A DNA stretch of 63,145 nucleotides, the filler included, from Olpidium bornovanus S191 (taxonomy: Eukaryota; Fungi; Olpidiomycota), in NCBI GenBank assembly GCA_017911155.1. It is 29 parts of 29 records of this genome, joined end to end, with 100 filler letters (N's around TTAATTAATTAA, not from the genome) between each part and the next. Parts side by side here need not be neighbours in the genome. Positions count along the whole stretch, not along the records: positions 23,046 to 25,243 come from JAEFCI010008352.1; positions 25,344 to 26,809 come from JAEFCI010001386.1; positions 26,910 to 28,410 come from JAEFCI010008082.1; positions 28,511 to 30,056 come from JAEFCI010007011.1; positions 30,157 to 31,882 come from JAEFCI010007622.1; positions 31,983 to 35,975 come from JAEFCI010004639.1; positions 36,076 to 43,649 come from JAEFCI010008264.1; 22 more parts are not named here. One strand, given 5' to 3'. Shown here piece by piece: positions 24,300 to 37,188 of the stretch; position 1 is the first letter of the stretch, and each line of letters begins with the position of its first letter. Below the pieces are notes generated by a model. It did no database searches. It saw only the letters and a program-made list of their open reading frames with translations, and was not told the DNA's origin. A program made the translations under genes and the position numbers.

Positions 24300-25361
24300 C
24301 GGTCGTGCGGAGCCTATTACTTTTGCCGGGTCCGCGGTTCGCGAAAAGCCGCTGTCGCCTTCCCGGGGGGGGCAGGCCGGCTGTGGTCGGCAGAGGGAGG
24401 GAGGACCGAGCCCGGGGTCGCCGCGCAGTCCACGCGTCGCAGCCCGCAGCAGCCCCTGCTTCTCGTCGGCGGCGGTTGCGACTGCGGCTGCGACTTTGGG
24501 CGCTCCCGCGGGTGCGGCGGCGGTGCTGGTCGTGCTGTTCGGGGGAGCGCAGGAGCATCTCACGGCGACCGCCCGCTCGCGGCGGCTCGTCGTCGTCGTC
24601 GTCGTCGTCGTCCCCCGTCGCGGAGGCCCCGGGGGCCCCCCACCGGCCTCTGTGTGTCTCTCTCGCTCACTCTCTGTCTCGTTCTTTGTCCCTCTCTGTC
24701 ACTGCCCGTTTGACACCGTCTGTCTCTGTGCTCTCTCGCTCTCTCTTTTTCCTCCTCCTCTCTCTCTCTCTCTTTCCTTCCGTCACTCCTCTGCTCGTCC
24801 TTCGCTCGCGCCGGTTTTTTTTTTTTTTTTTTTTCCTGTTTCTTTCGTGCGTCTCAGAGACGGCGGGTGGCGGGGGGGGGCGGGGCGGGGCGGGGCGGGG
24901 GGGGCTGTTCCGCGCGCGCGCGCGCGCGCTCCCCCGTGATTTTTCATTCCTGCGAGGAGGGGTTGGAAAAAAAAAAAAAAAAATGAAAAAAAAGAAGAAA
25001 AAGAAAGGGGGGGAAGGGGAGGCGCGTTCATCATTTTTATTTTTCTTTTTCTTTTTTCCTTTTTTTATTTATTTATTTATTTTTTTTTTTTGCTCTTTTG
25101 ATTTGTCCCCCCCGAGGGGCGGCATGAAAACCGTTTTTTCTCCTTCATCTTCCCCCCTTCCCCCCTTCCCCTTCGGCCCGCCGCCCTCCCCTCCTCCTCT
25201 CCGCGGCCCGGGCGCGCGTGCGAGAGAGAGAGAGAGAGAGAGANNNNNNNNNNNNNNNNNNNNNNNNNNNNNNNNNNNNNNNNNNNNTTAATTAATTAAN
25301 NNNNNNNNNNNNNNNNNNNNNNNNNNNNNNNNNNNNNNNNNNNGGGGGGCGCGGGGGGGGT

Positions 25362-25398
<37 letters not shown>

Positions 25399-26909
25399 GC
25401 GCATGCGCAGCGCGCGACGACGACGACGACGAGACGGAAGGGGGAAAGGAGAGAGGGGAGGTCCTGCGGACCGGACGTGGGGTTTCCCCGCCCGCCGCCG
25501 AGCTGCTGCTGCTCGCGGCGCTGCCTTTCGCGCGAAATCCCCCCCCCCCCTTTTCCCCTCCCTCGCGGGGCCGCCCTCGCAGCGGCAGGCGTGCGCGTAT
25601 CCCGAGGGGAGGGGAGGTAGGGTTCTCTCTCGCCCGGCCGCCGCGCTTTTCCCCCGCAGCCTCTCCGGGCGCGCGCGCGCGCGCGTGTTTTTTCCTAATT
25701 TTTTTTTTTTTTTTTTTTTTTTCTTTTGTTGTTGTTGTTGTTGTTGTTCTGTTCTTCTTCCGGCCGCAAGCGGGGCGGGAGGGGGCGGGCGCGGGGGGCG
25801 GGCGAGGGGGGAGGAAAGTGGGCGGGCGGCGGGCGAGAGGGCGTGCGAAGGGGGGCGAGGGTAGGGGAAGGGAGGGAAGCGGGATGTCACGCAGGAGGGC
25901 GGGGCCAATTAGGAGGGAAGCGAGAGAGAGAGAGAGAGAGATGAGAGAGACTGAAGACAGAGCGAGAGAGAGAGAGAGCAGGAGAGAGAGAGAGAGAGCA
26001 GAGAGATGAGAGATGAGAGATGACAGAGGGAGAGGCGGCGTCGGAATGTAATCCAATCGCGTTCGAAACAAAAATATAACACCAGCAATGTAATAAACCT
26101 TCCCGCGTGGCTCTTCCCCCGATCGTTTTCCCACCCGCCCGAGGAAAACGTCCGCCCCCCCCCCCCGCTCCGCATTCCCCACCCCTTCTCCCCGTCGGCG
26201 TAAGCGTGTGTGGACGGACGGAGAGAGGTGGCAGGCGAGGTAAAAGAAGGGAAGGGAAAAAGGGGGGGGGTTGGGTTGGCCTTTGGATATGTGCACGTTT
26301 TCAATCAATCAATCTCCGAGAACGATTTTCCCCTACTCCTACCCCCCTGGTTTCTTTTTCCTCCGCTTGTTCGCAGTCGAATTTGCGGGGCTAAGGGGGG
26401 GGGGGTTGGGGGGGGAAAGATGAAAGGGGGAAAAAGGGGGAAAAAGGGGAGAAAAGGGGGAGAAAAGGACCTAACCGGAACAATAACTAACAACAACAGA
26501 CAACAAACAAACAACAATCAAACAACAACAACAAACGAACAACAAACACCAAACAACAAACAACAACCGACCGCCCCGCGCTGCTTTTGCGGTTTTGTCG
26601 GTTTACGGGCGGTTGCATATTTGCTGCAGAAAAAAAAAAAAAAGAGGGAGAAGGGGTGAGAGAGAGAGAGAAAAAAAAGCGGCCGCGCCATGCGAAAAAA
26701 AAAAAACTTCCGCCGAGATGAGAAAAAGGAAAAAAAAAAATGAAACGTATTATGCGCGCCCGCCCTTGTTAATTCCATCTTCTTCTTTCCTCGAGTGCCT
26801 AATTCGGGANNNNNNNNNNNNNNNNNNNNNNNNNNNNNNNNNNNNNNNNNNNNTTAATTAATTAANNNNNNNNNNNNNNNNNNNNNNNNNNNNNNNNNNN
26901 NNNNNNNNN

Positions 26910-28110
26910 AGGCGACGCGGACCTGGCGGCGCTCTCGGGCTGCTTTCGCTTTTTGGCGGTGCGCTTCGGCCTGGTCGCTACAAAAGTAAAAGTTCCGAGA
27001 AATCAAGTAAGGACAAAAGAAGCGGGCATGTCTCAAATAAAAACGTCTGCAAGGAAGCCAAGGCCAGGATGATGGAAGCATACGCAATCGTCTTGACCCG
27101 AGCCTTCTCCGCCTTTGCCTTGTGGATATATCTAGAAAATAAACCGAGTTTAACTTACCGACCGTAGGTACGCCTACAGCAATTGGAAAGTTTCGCCACA
27201 CCAACAAAAAAAGACACCTACTCCATGAGGACACGCTTGTTCTTGAAGACGTTACCTTTCGATTTCATGTACAGGTCATGGTACATATGCTTGTCGATCT
27301 TACCGGACTCCCGGTACTTCCGAAGCAGTCGACGGAGAACGCGCTGACGGCGCATCCAAAGCACCTGGGAGGGCATACGGGCCTCCGCCGTACCCCGGCG
27401 CTTGCCAGGGCCGGTGTGGCGGCCTTTGCGCTTTGCTGCAGCATTCTGGCGGACACGGAAGCGCGAGTGGATTGCCTGCGGCTTCTTGATAACGAGGCCG
27501 TCATCGATAAGCTTCCGGACGTTCCGGCCTGTGAACGTGCGACATGGTCAGGGTTGAGAAGAGCAAGCCCTGAGGACCACGGAGAGAATGGCCTTGCACG
27601 ATGTCCTCTCAGCAGAGCGGCCAAACTCCTGAAAGCTACCTTACGCCAATCCAGCCGGGAGAAGGGGGACGGGTACACAAGCAGAATTCTACTCACGGGA
27701 GTTGGCGTTGGAGATTTTGCTGACCTCGTTGGGGTCGAGCCAAATCTTGCGCCGACCGCATTTGAGTATTGAAGCGGCAAGGCGTTTTTGCCCCAGCAGC
27801 GACACCCTGCAAAAAATCGCCAAGCGTCGCGAACAAACAGTTTGCCGGTGTTCCGCAACGCGCCCCGGCCCGCGTCGTCTGCCATGTCTTCCACACGCAC
27901 AACGAAACGATGGACAGCGTCGACCGAACAACCAGCGGTTGCCTCGGTGCCCCCACAAAACGGATACCGGCGCCCTGTCCCCGAACGGACAAGACGGCTC
28001 CAGAGGACGCGGGGGCGAGGCCACCGGGAGGCGGCAGAGAGCAAGAGTGCGCACGAGCGCCCGGACGGCCGGCGGGGCCGCGGGCGCGCCAGGGTCTCGC
28101 TGACTCACAT
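26910..28110 (-). CDS. RPL19: 60S ribosomal protein eL19, 3' truncated
   Basis: Spliced translation: [38 protein letters not shown] / [16 protein letters not shown]...[68 protein letters not shown] / [16 protein letters not shown] / [18 protein letters not shown]. Confidence 0.98.
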
Positions 28111-28572
28111 TGCGTGCAATCAAATCAATTAAAGAAACGAGTGTTTCCGGCGTTCGGCGTTTTGGGCGTTTGCACGCGGCGAAACGTTTTGGTGTTTTCG
28201 TTTTCGTCCCCCTTGCTTTCAGTATGGGCAATTGTCACGTGACACAGCACTGTTGGTTTTTCCGCCGCCGCCCCAGAGCGGGCGGACTTGCTCCAAAGGT
28301 TCCGGTCACGCCATCTTCACAGGAACCCGCGGGTTTACGAGGTTGCCCCAATCACGCCGACTCTTCATCAGTTCAACTAGCCGGGGCTCCGCTACCACCA
28401 AAGTTGCATGNNNNNNNNNNNNNNNNNNNNNNNNNNNNNNNNNNNNNNNNNNNNTTAATTAATTAANNNNNNNNNNNNNNNNNNNNNNNNNNNNNNNNNN
28501 NNNNNNNNNNCACGCGCGGAGGGGGGGGGGGGGGGCGGGGGGGGGGGGGGGGGGGCGGGCGGGCGGGCGGGG

Positions 28573-28610
<38 letters not shown>

Positions 28611-28922
28611 TCATTTCCGTGCTCCGCAAACACGCGCTCGTTTTCCGCCGCCCTGAACCCGGGGCATTTGATTCGTCCGTCGTCGAGAGGGGGGGAGGGT
28701 TGAGCCGACTTCAGCGTAGAGCCACCCCGCCGATCGCCGCCTCGCGCGGCCCCGCGACAGTGTGGCCCCCGGCTTATCGCGCCGGGCGTTTCGGGTTTCT
28801 CCGTCCCTCCGCCAACCCCCCTTTTCGTTTTATTCGCTGCTTGCCGTTATTTGTCGTCTGCCGGGACCCGTCCGAACGCCCGAGGACGGTGAGAAGAGGA
28901 TGGGGGAAGGTGGGGTGCTCAC

Positions 28923-29105
28923 CTGCTTGTCTTTCAGGCCGAGCAGCAGCACCTCCTCCATCAGGGTGAGGCGCGGCGCGTACTTGTCCTGCTCCCCGTC
29001 GTCGAAGTCGCGCGACCCGTTGGCGCTCCTCCGGTCGTCACTCACGTCCGCGTCGGAAGACTGTGGCGCGCCCGCCACGCGCCGCCGCTGCAGGCCTCCG
29101 GACAT
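28923..29105 (-). CDS. VPS74: Vps74/GOLPH3, first coding exon only
   Basis: MSGGLQRRRV...PRLTLMEEVLLLGLKDKQ followed by a GTGAGC donor. This is the signature N-terminus of the family. Confidence 0.92.
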
Positions 29106-30156
29106 TTGGCGGCCGGAAAATTGGGGCGAGGGGGGGTGGGGGGTGGTGGGGGGAAAAGAGGTTTTTGGGGGAGGGGGAGGGTGTTCCTCCTCCCGGCCGC
29201 GGGAGACGAGAAGCGCGGCGCAAGGCGGCACTCGCGCGCGAGAGAAGTATCCGCAGGCGACGCCTTCGCTCTGTTCTGCTCTCTCTCAATCACACACACT
29301 CTCTCTCCCTCTCACTCTCTCTCTCTTTATGTTATTATTATTATTCTTCTTCTTCTTCTTTCCCGGCCGTGCTCTTGAAAAAGCAAGAGAGAGAGAGGGA
29401 GAGAGAGAGAGTGAGTGAGTGAGAGACGGAAAGGGGAAGAGGGGGGGGGAGAGAGAGAGAGAGAGAGGGAGAGAGAGAGTGAGTGAGTGAGAGAGAGAGA
29501 AAGAGAGAGACGGTGGCGGCGTGCGTGCGTGCGTGCGTGCGTGTGTGTGTGTGTGTGTTCGTGGTCGTCGTCGTCGTCGTCTTTCGCCGGGTGAACTTGT
29601 TCTCTGCAGCGGGGCGGGGCTGGCCGGGAAGGGAGGGGAGGGGAGGGAGGGGGGAAGCGGGCGGGCGAGTGGGAAACGGGCCCCCCCTTTCCCCCCCCGG
29701 ATTGCCCAATTTGCCACATAAAAAATACACCCCCAAAAAACCCAAAAACACACACCCCCGTCCCCCTCTGTAATATGCCAGCAAAACGTCGAATTCGGAA
29801 CCCAAGTTTTATTCTCGTGTGGTGTTCGGGTTTCGTTGTTTTTTACACGTACTCTACGTTACACCTCCCCAAAGATCGACTTCCAGGAGCTTTTCGCTTC
29901 CGTCATTGATTCACATGACGAGTGTAACAAGTGTGTTATTTATCTGCGCAATGCGCTATCTGGAGATAATGTATACACGAGCCTAGCTCTGGAATCTGGA
30001 TCTGGATCTGGATGTTGTGCTGGGATTTTTGTGTCGATCTACCTCTAGGGTACGTCNNNNNNNNNNNNNNNNNNNNNNNNNNNNNNNNNNNNNNNNNNNN
30101 TTAATTAATTAANNNNNNNNNNNNNNNNNNNNNNNNNNNNNNNNNNNNNNNNNNNN

Positions 30157-31408
30157 CATGCACACTTGGGCGACAACGATCGCCGGTCGACCGAATTCGA
30201 GGCATTAACGTGCCACCTCGGAGAAGGCCGCGGAGCGTTCCTCGACCCGGCGGTTTCCTCGAAAACCGGACGATCAGTAAAACATCGGCGGGGGGCGGAT
30301 GTCCCCTCCCGCAGCTGCATTTCCTCCGGATAGTACCCGTTGCTTGGCCCAGGTAAAACAGGGGTCATCCAGTTCGCGTCGCGCTTGGGATCGAAAGTCT
30401 CCCTCCAGACATTGTTCTGGGCGGCAATCACAGGTAGCTTTTCCGGCGCCGGGCATACGCGATGGTCCTGAACCGACACCAGAAACTTGCGGCTATAACG
30501 GATTACGCCCCCGGACCCCGTCGCAAGCCCTTGCGTGGGCGAGGTATTATTCACGGATAAAGGGCAGCCCTTGTTTGCGTGGAACTCGGAAGGACTGTCG
30601 CCAGTTGTTTTGACAGAGTCGGGCTGTGGAAATGACGCCAAAATAAGCGACGGGCAAGAACGGACGACAAGCACGCGCGACCCACAGCAGCAGTTTGTGC
30701 TTACCGGCGCCGGGTTTCCCCGAGTTAACAAATTTGCCTAACAGCGAAGCGGGACGGCGTTTAATTTCCCGGAGTTGCAGGAGCGCCCAACCGGTTTACC
30801 GCTTGGTACGGCTGCGTAAACTTCTTCTCACCTGCTTCTCGGTCAGCTCCGCAAGGAGCGCGCCTGCCCAAGCCACTTCCTCAAGTATCTCGAGCTTGCT
30901 GATGACGTTTTCCAGCGACGGCAAAGCCACCTCATTCTGCAGGGCGGGGCGCTGAGGTTAGCTAACGGTTTCGCGCAATTTAACGAAGTACCGGCGAGAC
31001 TCCGCCCAGAAATCTAGTGATGTCGTGTAATAATATAAAAAGATCCAAGCCAAACCGCTACTAACCGGTGCGCTGGCGACGCCAAGCGCGGCCAGTACAG
31101 CCAAGGCGTACTGATTTGTTTCTTGATGGAGCACGGATACGATCTGACCGAGCGTGGCCTGTGCGACACGCACGAGTCAGTCGCGAACTTTTTTCTTGGA
31201 GGGGGGAACTATTGGGTTTGCTCAACGTCGACTCGACTTCCACGGTGGCCCGAAACTGGTCGTCACGGAAAAACTCTTACAAGAGCAGACTGGGGAGAAA
31301 AGAGGGGCGGGCCTCACCTCCTGCCTGTTTGGAAACGCGTCGTTCAAGCGTTCGGCGAACGCCTTCCATGCCGCGACGCGAGCCTGGTTCTTTGTCACCA
31401 TGTTTTCC
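30157..31408 (-). CDS. Hypothetical spliced protein with a YxxxxL-phi (eIF4E-binding-like) motif, partial
   Basis: Four exons join in phase with AG/GT boundaries: MVTKNQARVAAWKAFAERLNDAFPNRQE / ATLGQIVSVLHQETNQYALAVLAALGVASAP / NEVALPSLENVISKLEILEEVAWAGALLAELTEKQ / ANLLTRG...IRYSRKFLVSVQ... Confidence 0.6.
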
Positions 31409-31504
31409 CTACCGGAGACAGTTTCCTCGTTTCCTTGGTTGTTGGGAAGCCAGTTGGCAGCAGGGCAACGAGGGGGAGTAGGCAGGTGACCGGGGCCCGC
31501 CCCC

Positions 31505-31590
<86 letters not shown>

Positions 31591-31982
31591 CAAAACGGCA
31601 ACGCTGGCGAAACCTTTCCATCCAGAAGGCATCAAAAAAAAAGCGTCAGGGCGCTCTCATCTCCTCATTGAGGATTTGTCCGTGCGGCTCTGTGACGCAA
31701 TAATATTCGAGAAGACCGCCGTTGGCAAACAAAACACAAGTCGGAGGCGTTTCGCAGAGCTTGCATGGCACACTAATACCAAAAGGAGAGGGGTAGCTCT
31801 CGCTGACACCAAGCTAAAATCGAGACTGCTTTGCATCTTATCAGAAAAAAAAAAAAAAAAATGAAAAGGCACCAGAAGGTGCNNNNNNNNNNNNNNNNNN
31901 NNNNNNNNNNNNNNNNNNNNNNNNNNTTAATTAATTAANNNNNNNNNNNNNNNNNNNNNNNNNNNNNNNNNNNNNNNNNNNN

Positions 31983-33413
31983 CATGTCCGCAAACAGGGG
32001 GAAATGAGCAGCCATAGCAGAACGGTCGGGCGGTTAAATACTTTTCCAGCGGCATTTCGCCGTCTCCTCCGGACTTTCCGGCTTTTGCGTCCGCTTCGTT
32101 GCCGGACTGGCGTGCCGACGGCTTTCCGCGGCGCCGCGCTTCCTGGAATTTTCCGGAATTCCAATCGGCCTCGGCAAACAAGCCGGCGATCTCTCGGTAT
32201 TCCCCGCAAGCCGAGTTGCGGCGCGGGCGCCGAGCTCGAGCTCGCTCGCGTCCGACCGCGCCCGGCTTTCCGCTTGCGCGTTACACGCTTCGACGTCAAC
32301 GTCGTCGTGGCAATTCCTCCCGGTGTCCGTGACGCCGGCGTCCTCCAGCCGCGCGCCGCCGGGTCCCGCGAAGCCGGCAGCTTCAACCTGAAAAGGTTTT
32401 GCGCGCAAGATTCCCGTCACAAGCGGCCGCCCGTTGTAGCGTTTGAGAAACGGTCGCTCCGCGGTGCACGAGCGGCAGATGTAAGCTTCAAAAGAATCGG
32501 CCGGCGGAACCGGCCCGATGCACTCCTCGTGTCTCCAATCTTGGCACACGACGCACTGGAACATGGTGCTGCCGTCCGTCTCCGGTATGTACGGCCGGTC
32601 GCACCAGCAGTACCGCCCGTCAAAGTTGTGGTCGTAAGAATTTCCCACGTTCGCGACCACATTTCCCGCGCCCCCGCGTTTGCCCTGGTGCGGTTTGTGG
32701 CGCTCGTCTTCCGGCGACAAGAGGGTGCACTCCGTGTTCGCGGAACGCGACGTGCCACAGTCGCAGCGGAAGTGGCGCTTCGTAGAGAGCTCTATGACTT
32801 GGTGGTCTGCATGACACGATATGGAACACGCGTAGCAGAAACCTACACCCCGACGTTCCCATTTGAGCCGGGATGTGCGCTTCAGCCGGAACCCCTTATC
32901 CCGGACGGTCAAGCATACCCGCAGCCGGCCCGCCTTGGCGGCACTTCGCGGAGAGGCAGCCGTACACAGGCTGCTTCACGTATCCAAGCGCGAAAGTGCT
33001 GGGGGGGCGCAGTTGACGACGATCCGCGAAGGAGGGACGACGAGGATCTCTTCTAAGTCCCAGGCACCGCTTCTCTCCTATTAACTACAAGCGACCGCGC
33101 GCCCGGAGAGAGAGACAAACCACTTGTCGAATTTCTTGGGAAAAGATCTCCTCGCTTCCTTCTCGAGAGCGTTCTGCTGCTCCAAGTACTCGAGCGCGGT
33201 GATCGTCGCGTGCTCGGCCCTGTCCACATCGCCGGCCTGGTCATCGTCGGCCTCTGCCGCCGCCTCCTCCGTCCTCCTCGCGGCGGGCGCGGCCGAAGTC
33301 GCTTGCGGTCCTCCAGCACGCCCTCCGGCCGGCAGGATTTGCGACGGTGAATCGCCCGCCTGCTCGGCCGGAGAGGCCGCGCTGTTCGCTGGCCCGGGCA
33401 CGGCAGTTGTCAT
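31983..33413 (-). CDS. UBR7: UBR7-like zf-UBR + PHD protein, 3' truncated
   Basis: TITALEYLEQQNALEKEARRSFPKKFDK, LGYVKQPVYGCL, GFCYACSISCHADHQVIELSTKRHFRCDCG, NSYDHNFDGRYCWCDRPY and MFQCVVCQDWRHEECI...YICRSC. Confidence 0.93.
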
Positions 33414-34086
33414 ATGTAATTTTTTTTTTAAAAAAAAACTTTTTGGAAGGGTCGTTGCTTCGGGGTGGCGTGGGTGGTCGCCGCCACGGCCGCCTCTCGA
33501 GCCGTTCGAAGCGCTGCGCGACAGTCCCTGCGGACCACTTCCAAAGAGAAATACACCGTTTGCGATGCACTTTTAGTGCGAGAGATACTCCGTGGGTACC
33601 CATTTGAGACATTTTGAGACATCAAAACTCCATTTAGGAGCCCCCATCTTGGTCCGGTCCAGAGAGATTCTCACTATGTAAATGTTTTGCCGGACCAAAT
33701 ACAGCCTGTTTTCGACTAACCTAAACAATCGATGATAATCTCGGAAACAGAGATGATACGGGAATAACCTGCCCACCGGAGGTCAGATTTGGGACAGAAA
33801 GAGAGGTCTTGGAAGGTGTTCACGTGTCTAATTGTGGGGATGCGGCCCCGCCCGCTCAGCAGCTCTCCATCTGGGGCAAAGCGAAACCTGGTTCGGATAA
33901 CATCCGCTTTAAAACCCCAACGCCGCACTTTGCCGGGATACGTTTCCCCCCCCGCCAAGCCCTGCGGCGCGGCGAAACATTGGAATGCGGCCGAAGCGGC
34001 ACAAATCTGGCAACACTCCATGCAAAACGCCGTCAAATCCGGATTCGGAAAAACGCGTGCGGGCGTTCGATTTCACGACTCTTTTT

Positions 34087-35899
34087 TTAGATTACGGCGC
34101 CTTTGACCGCCAACTGTTTCTCGACTTCCGTTCTGACAACTCTGAGCTCCATCGCGTCCAGTTCTCCGATGAGCGTCATCACCGCCATGAGAACGTTGTG
34201 GCTCTTCTTGCTGCCGCCGGCGTCTTTGGCTTGGAGAGGCGCGGGCGCCGCCGCCGCGTCCTGATACGGGTGGAATGCTTGGCGCGACTTTTGCCGCCGC
34301 TCCAGGCGGTCGGTTTCCGGCGGCGGCGGCGGCGGCGAGGCGGAGGCGCCCGGTGTCGCTCGGGAGTCTCCCGGCGGAGCAAAGGACTGGATGGTGTTGT
34401 TGATCTGCTGGAAAGAGAATCGTTCGCGCGCCGGAAAGGTTTAGAGTTTCAAAATCCTGCACTAAACCCGGGCAGCGAAAGAGATTATACGACCCTTACC
34501 TCAACGTCTCTCTTCCAATTCTGCCGCTTCACGTTCACTCCTTGTGCCGACGGTGACTCAGGGCCTTGTTGGTTGGGTCGGACGGAACCTGGATACCTGT
34601 GGTGCATCTCCGGCTCCCTCTCTTGTTGAAAATCGGCTCCGAGGGCGCTTTCGTGGAAGGGCGGCCTCTCATGCTAGACACGGAAAGCGGTAAATTCGGG
34701 TTACAAAACCGTTCTGGCCGTACCAGGAAACCCCGATCAATTGGTGCGAAAGAGGGCGCAAGGCTTTTCGGGAAGTTTTTCGCAGTCGAGATCCTCACGC
34801 TCCAGCCGTCCTCTTTCGTCTCGCCTTTCCGTCTTCCGTACTCTATCTGATTGTGGTGCACCGGATAGTCCCCAAACATTGCCGGGTCCGGCGGTTGCCG
34901 CTCCTCCGATGCATCGAGCGTCGCCGCTGCGGGTTGCTGGTGCTGCGGGGAGGATGCAAACGGAGGTAATTCCTGCTGGGGCTGGCGAAGACGCAGTCCG
35001 GTTCCTGCCGGAGCAGCCGGCCTCGTGCTCGGGCCTTCCTGCGCTTCCCGCGAGGCCGAGTGCAACGACTTCGCCTCCGCAACTTCCTCCGGCGTGACGT
35101 CTGGTAACGGTGCCGCCCGGGCGTCAGACGCGGCCGCGGCGTGATCGAGGACGGGCCCCGTTCCGACGGATCACCTTTGTTGTCCAATTTCTCCAGCCAA
35201 GGCAGGTGCTTCAGGACCAGCGTCCGGTACTGCGGGTGCTGCGCGCACGGGTTGTCGCAGAGCCAGAGTATGCGCAGCTTCTTCAGCCCCGCCAGATGCC
35301 GGACCTCGGATATGTCCGAAATGCGGTTCTTGCGCAGGTATAGTTCCGTCAGGTTTGCGCCTGTCCCGCGAGCAAAAGAAAAATCCGTCAGTTCCCCCGA
35401 TTTTTATTTTTTTTTTTTTTTTTTTTTTTTGGGAGCGCAAGCCCGGCGGCCGCCAAACAACCCGAACGAACATCCGGCGAATTGCTCGAGGTTCTCCACG
35501 CAATTTACGCTCAAACTGCAGACTTCCTGTTGAGCGGCGCCGATTTTTTTTTTTTCAGCCGACTCCCGAACGAGAGATCCTATTGACAAGCGACGCGTCC
35601 GGAGATCGTGGAAATGGCCTCACCAGGTTCCGGAGACTCTCCAAAACCGAGACGTCCCTCAGATCGTTTCCCCTGCCACATAAATCATCCATAAACTCGT
35701 GAGCTCAACGAACCGCGTCGGCGGCGCGCCTGCGGCCCGCACTGGGCAACCCCGCCGGGCTTTTTTTTTTTGGGAGGGGGGAGGGGGGATCCGCCCGGGA
35801 GGATTGCGGGTCTATCTACCAAAGGTTCAGATTTCGAACGGCGTCAAGGCTGGACGCCCTGGTTTTCCCGATGATTAGATTCCTAGTCAGGACGGCCAT
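34087..35899 (-). CDS. CFAP410: Cilia- and flagella-associated LRR protein CFAP410 (C21orf2) ortholog, complete
   Basis: MAVLTRNLIIGKTRASSLDAVRNLNLW / GNDLRDVSVLESLRNL / EVCSLSVNCVENL / LTELYLRKNRISDISEVRHLAGLKKLRILWLCDNPC...YRTLVLKHLPWLEKLDN, plus the C-terminal NVLMAVMTLIGELDAMELRVV helix and TAA. Confidence 0.92.
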
Positions 35900-37188
35900 T
35901 GAAGTGGGGTGCCGGGCGGCCGCCTCACTTTAAATGATACTTCTTTCCGGTTAGGGGTTGGGGAAGGGGGGGGGGNNNNNNNNNNNNNNNNNNNNNNNNN
36001 NNNNNNNNNNNNNNNNNNNTTAATTAATTAANNNNNNNNNNNNNNNNNNNNNNNNNNNNNNNNNNNNNNNNNNNNACATGACGGACGCATAAAAGGTGAA
36101 GCCAGGGCCAAGAACGGTAAGCAGGCATTAACACGGCGAGGCCCGATCTGCGAAAACTACTCGATGAATTTTTCGGGTAACCATAGGCCACAGAGGTTTT
36201 TCATCTCTTCTTTGCAACATCGTTTTCTGTGCCTGAATGGCGTAGCGGATGAAGGGGAAAAATGGAAGTAGGTCGCATCCCGTGAACAACGGCCAAACAA
36301 CGAGCACAGCTTTTGGCGATGGGATGTTACAGGGCAGATATTATTTCATCGCGTTAGCCTGTGGAAGGCTGCACGCTTTCCCAAGCCAAGCCTGGAATGA
36401 ATCGTTCTTGGCTCAGCAGAAAACATCAATTGACCTCCACGTTGCACGAACCGTCCCAGTCGCCATTCACCGGGGAAGCATATGATTGCGTCATGGCTGA
36501 TGTTGGAATTATGCCCGGCGCAGGCCAACTGGATCACATCCCCGCAACTACCAACATTGCTGGTTCTGTCTTGCTCCCCAATACTCGTCAGTTCCAATTC
36601 ATTCAAAAGGCAAACGAAGGTCCAAAAGAGGGATCGAAGGAGGATGGCCGCTGGATTTGCTCGTGAATCGTGCGTCTTCCGGTAAGTGCGTCTGGCTTGA
36701 CGCCAAGCTTGCGCGGCAGAACAGGGCATGAAGTCCCTTCTGTCCCCAAGGATGGAGGTGTCGCATCTGCATTGTGGCGGGATACTTCAGCCTTCCATTC
36801 CTCGGAAGTCCCTGGTCGGGTAGGCTATTTAAACGAACCGGGAACACACGGCTGCGCAAATCTAATTAGCCGGTAATGATTCAACTAACCACCAGCACAT
36901 GACTGCCACACCCGTGGAGCTCTATAACGGTGCTGGGAGTGAGACGTGAATAATTGCGGGTACCAGAAGAAAATGGTCTTGCGGGATTTTTTGCCGTCGA
37001 TCGTCGGCCCACATCTTGGTACTTGGCGTTCAGCAGGTTGCTGTTCGCGCCCGCAGGGGCAGCCTGAAATTCGGATTGCACCCTACCCGTTGGTACTCTA
37101 CCTGGATTTCATGCTCGCTGACAAATCTTATACTCTGCATGAAGGAGTAAGCCGGCTTCGCGGCGGACCCGAACCGCTACGTACGGGT

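Noticed and set aside
20295-26809. Many long six-frame ORFs rich in G/P/R/F/K
   Set aside because: They are shadows of GC-rich exons or translations of homopolymer and microsatellite tracts, and several run into the N spacers.
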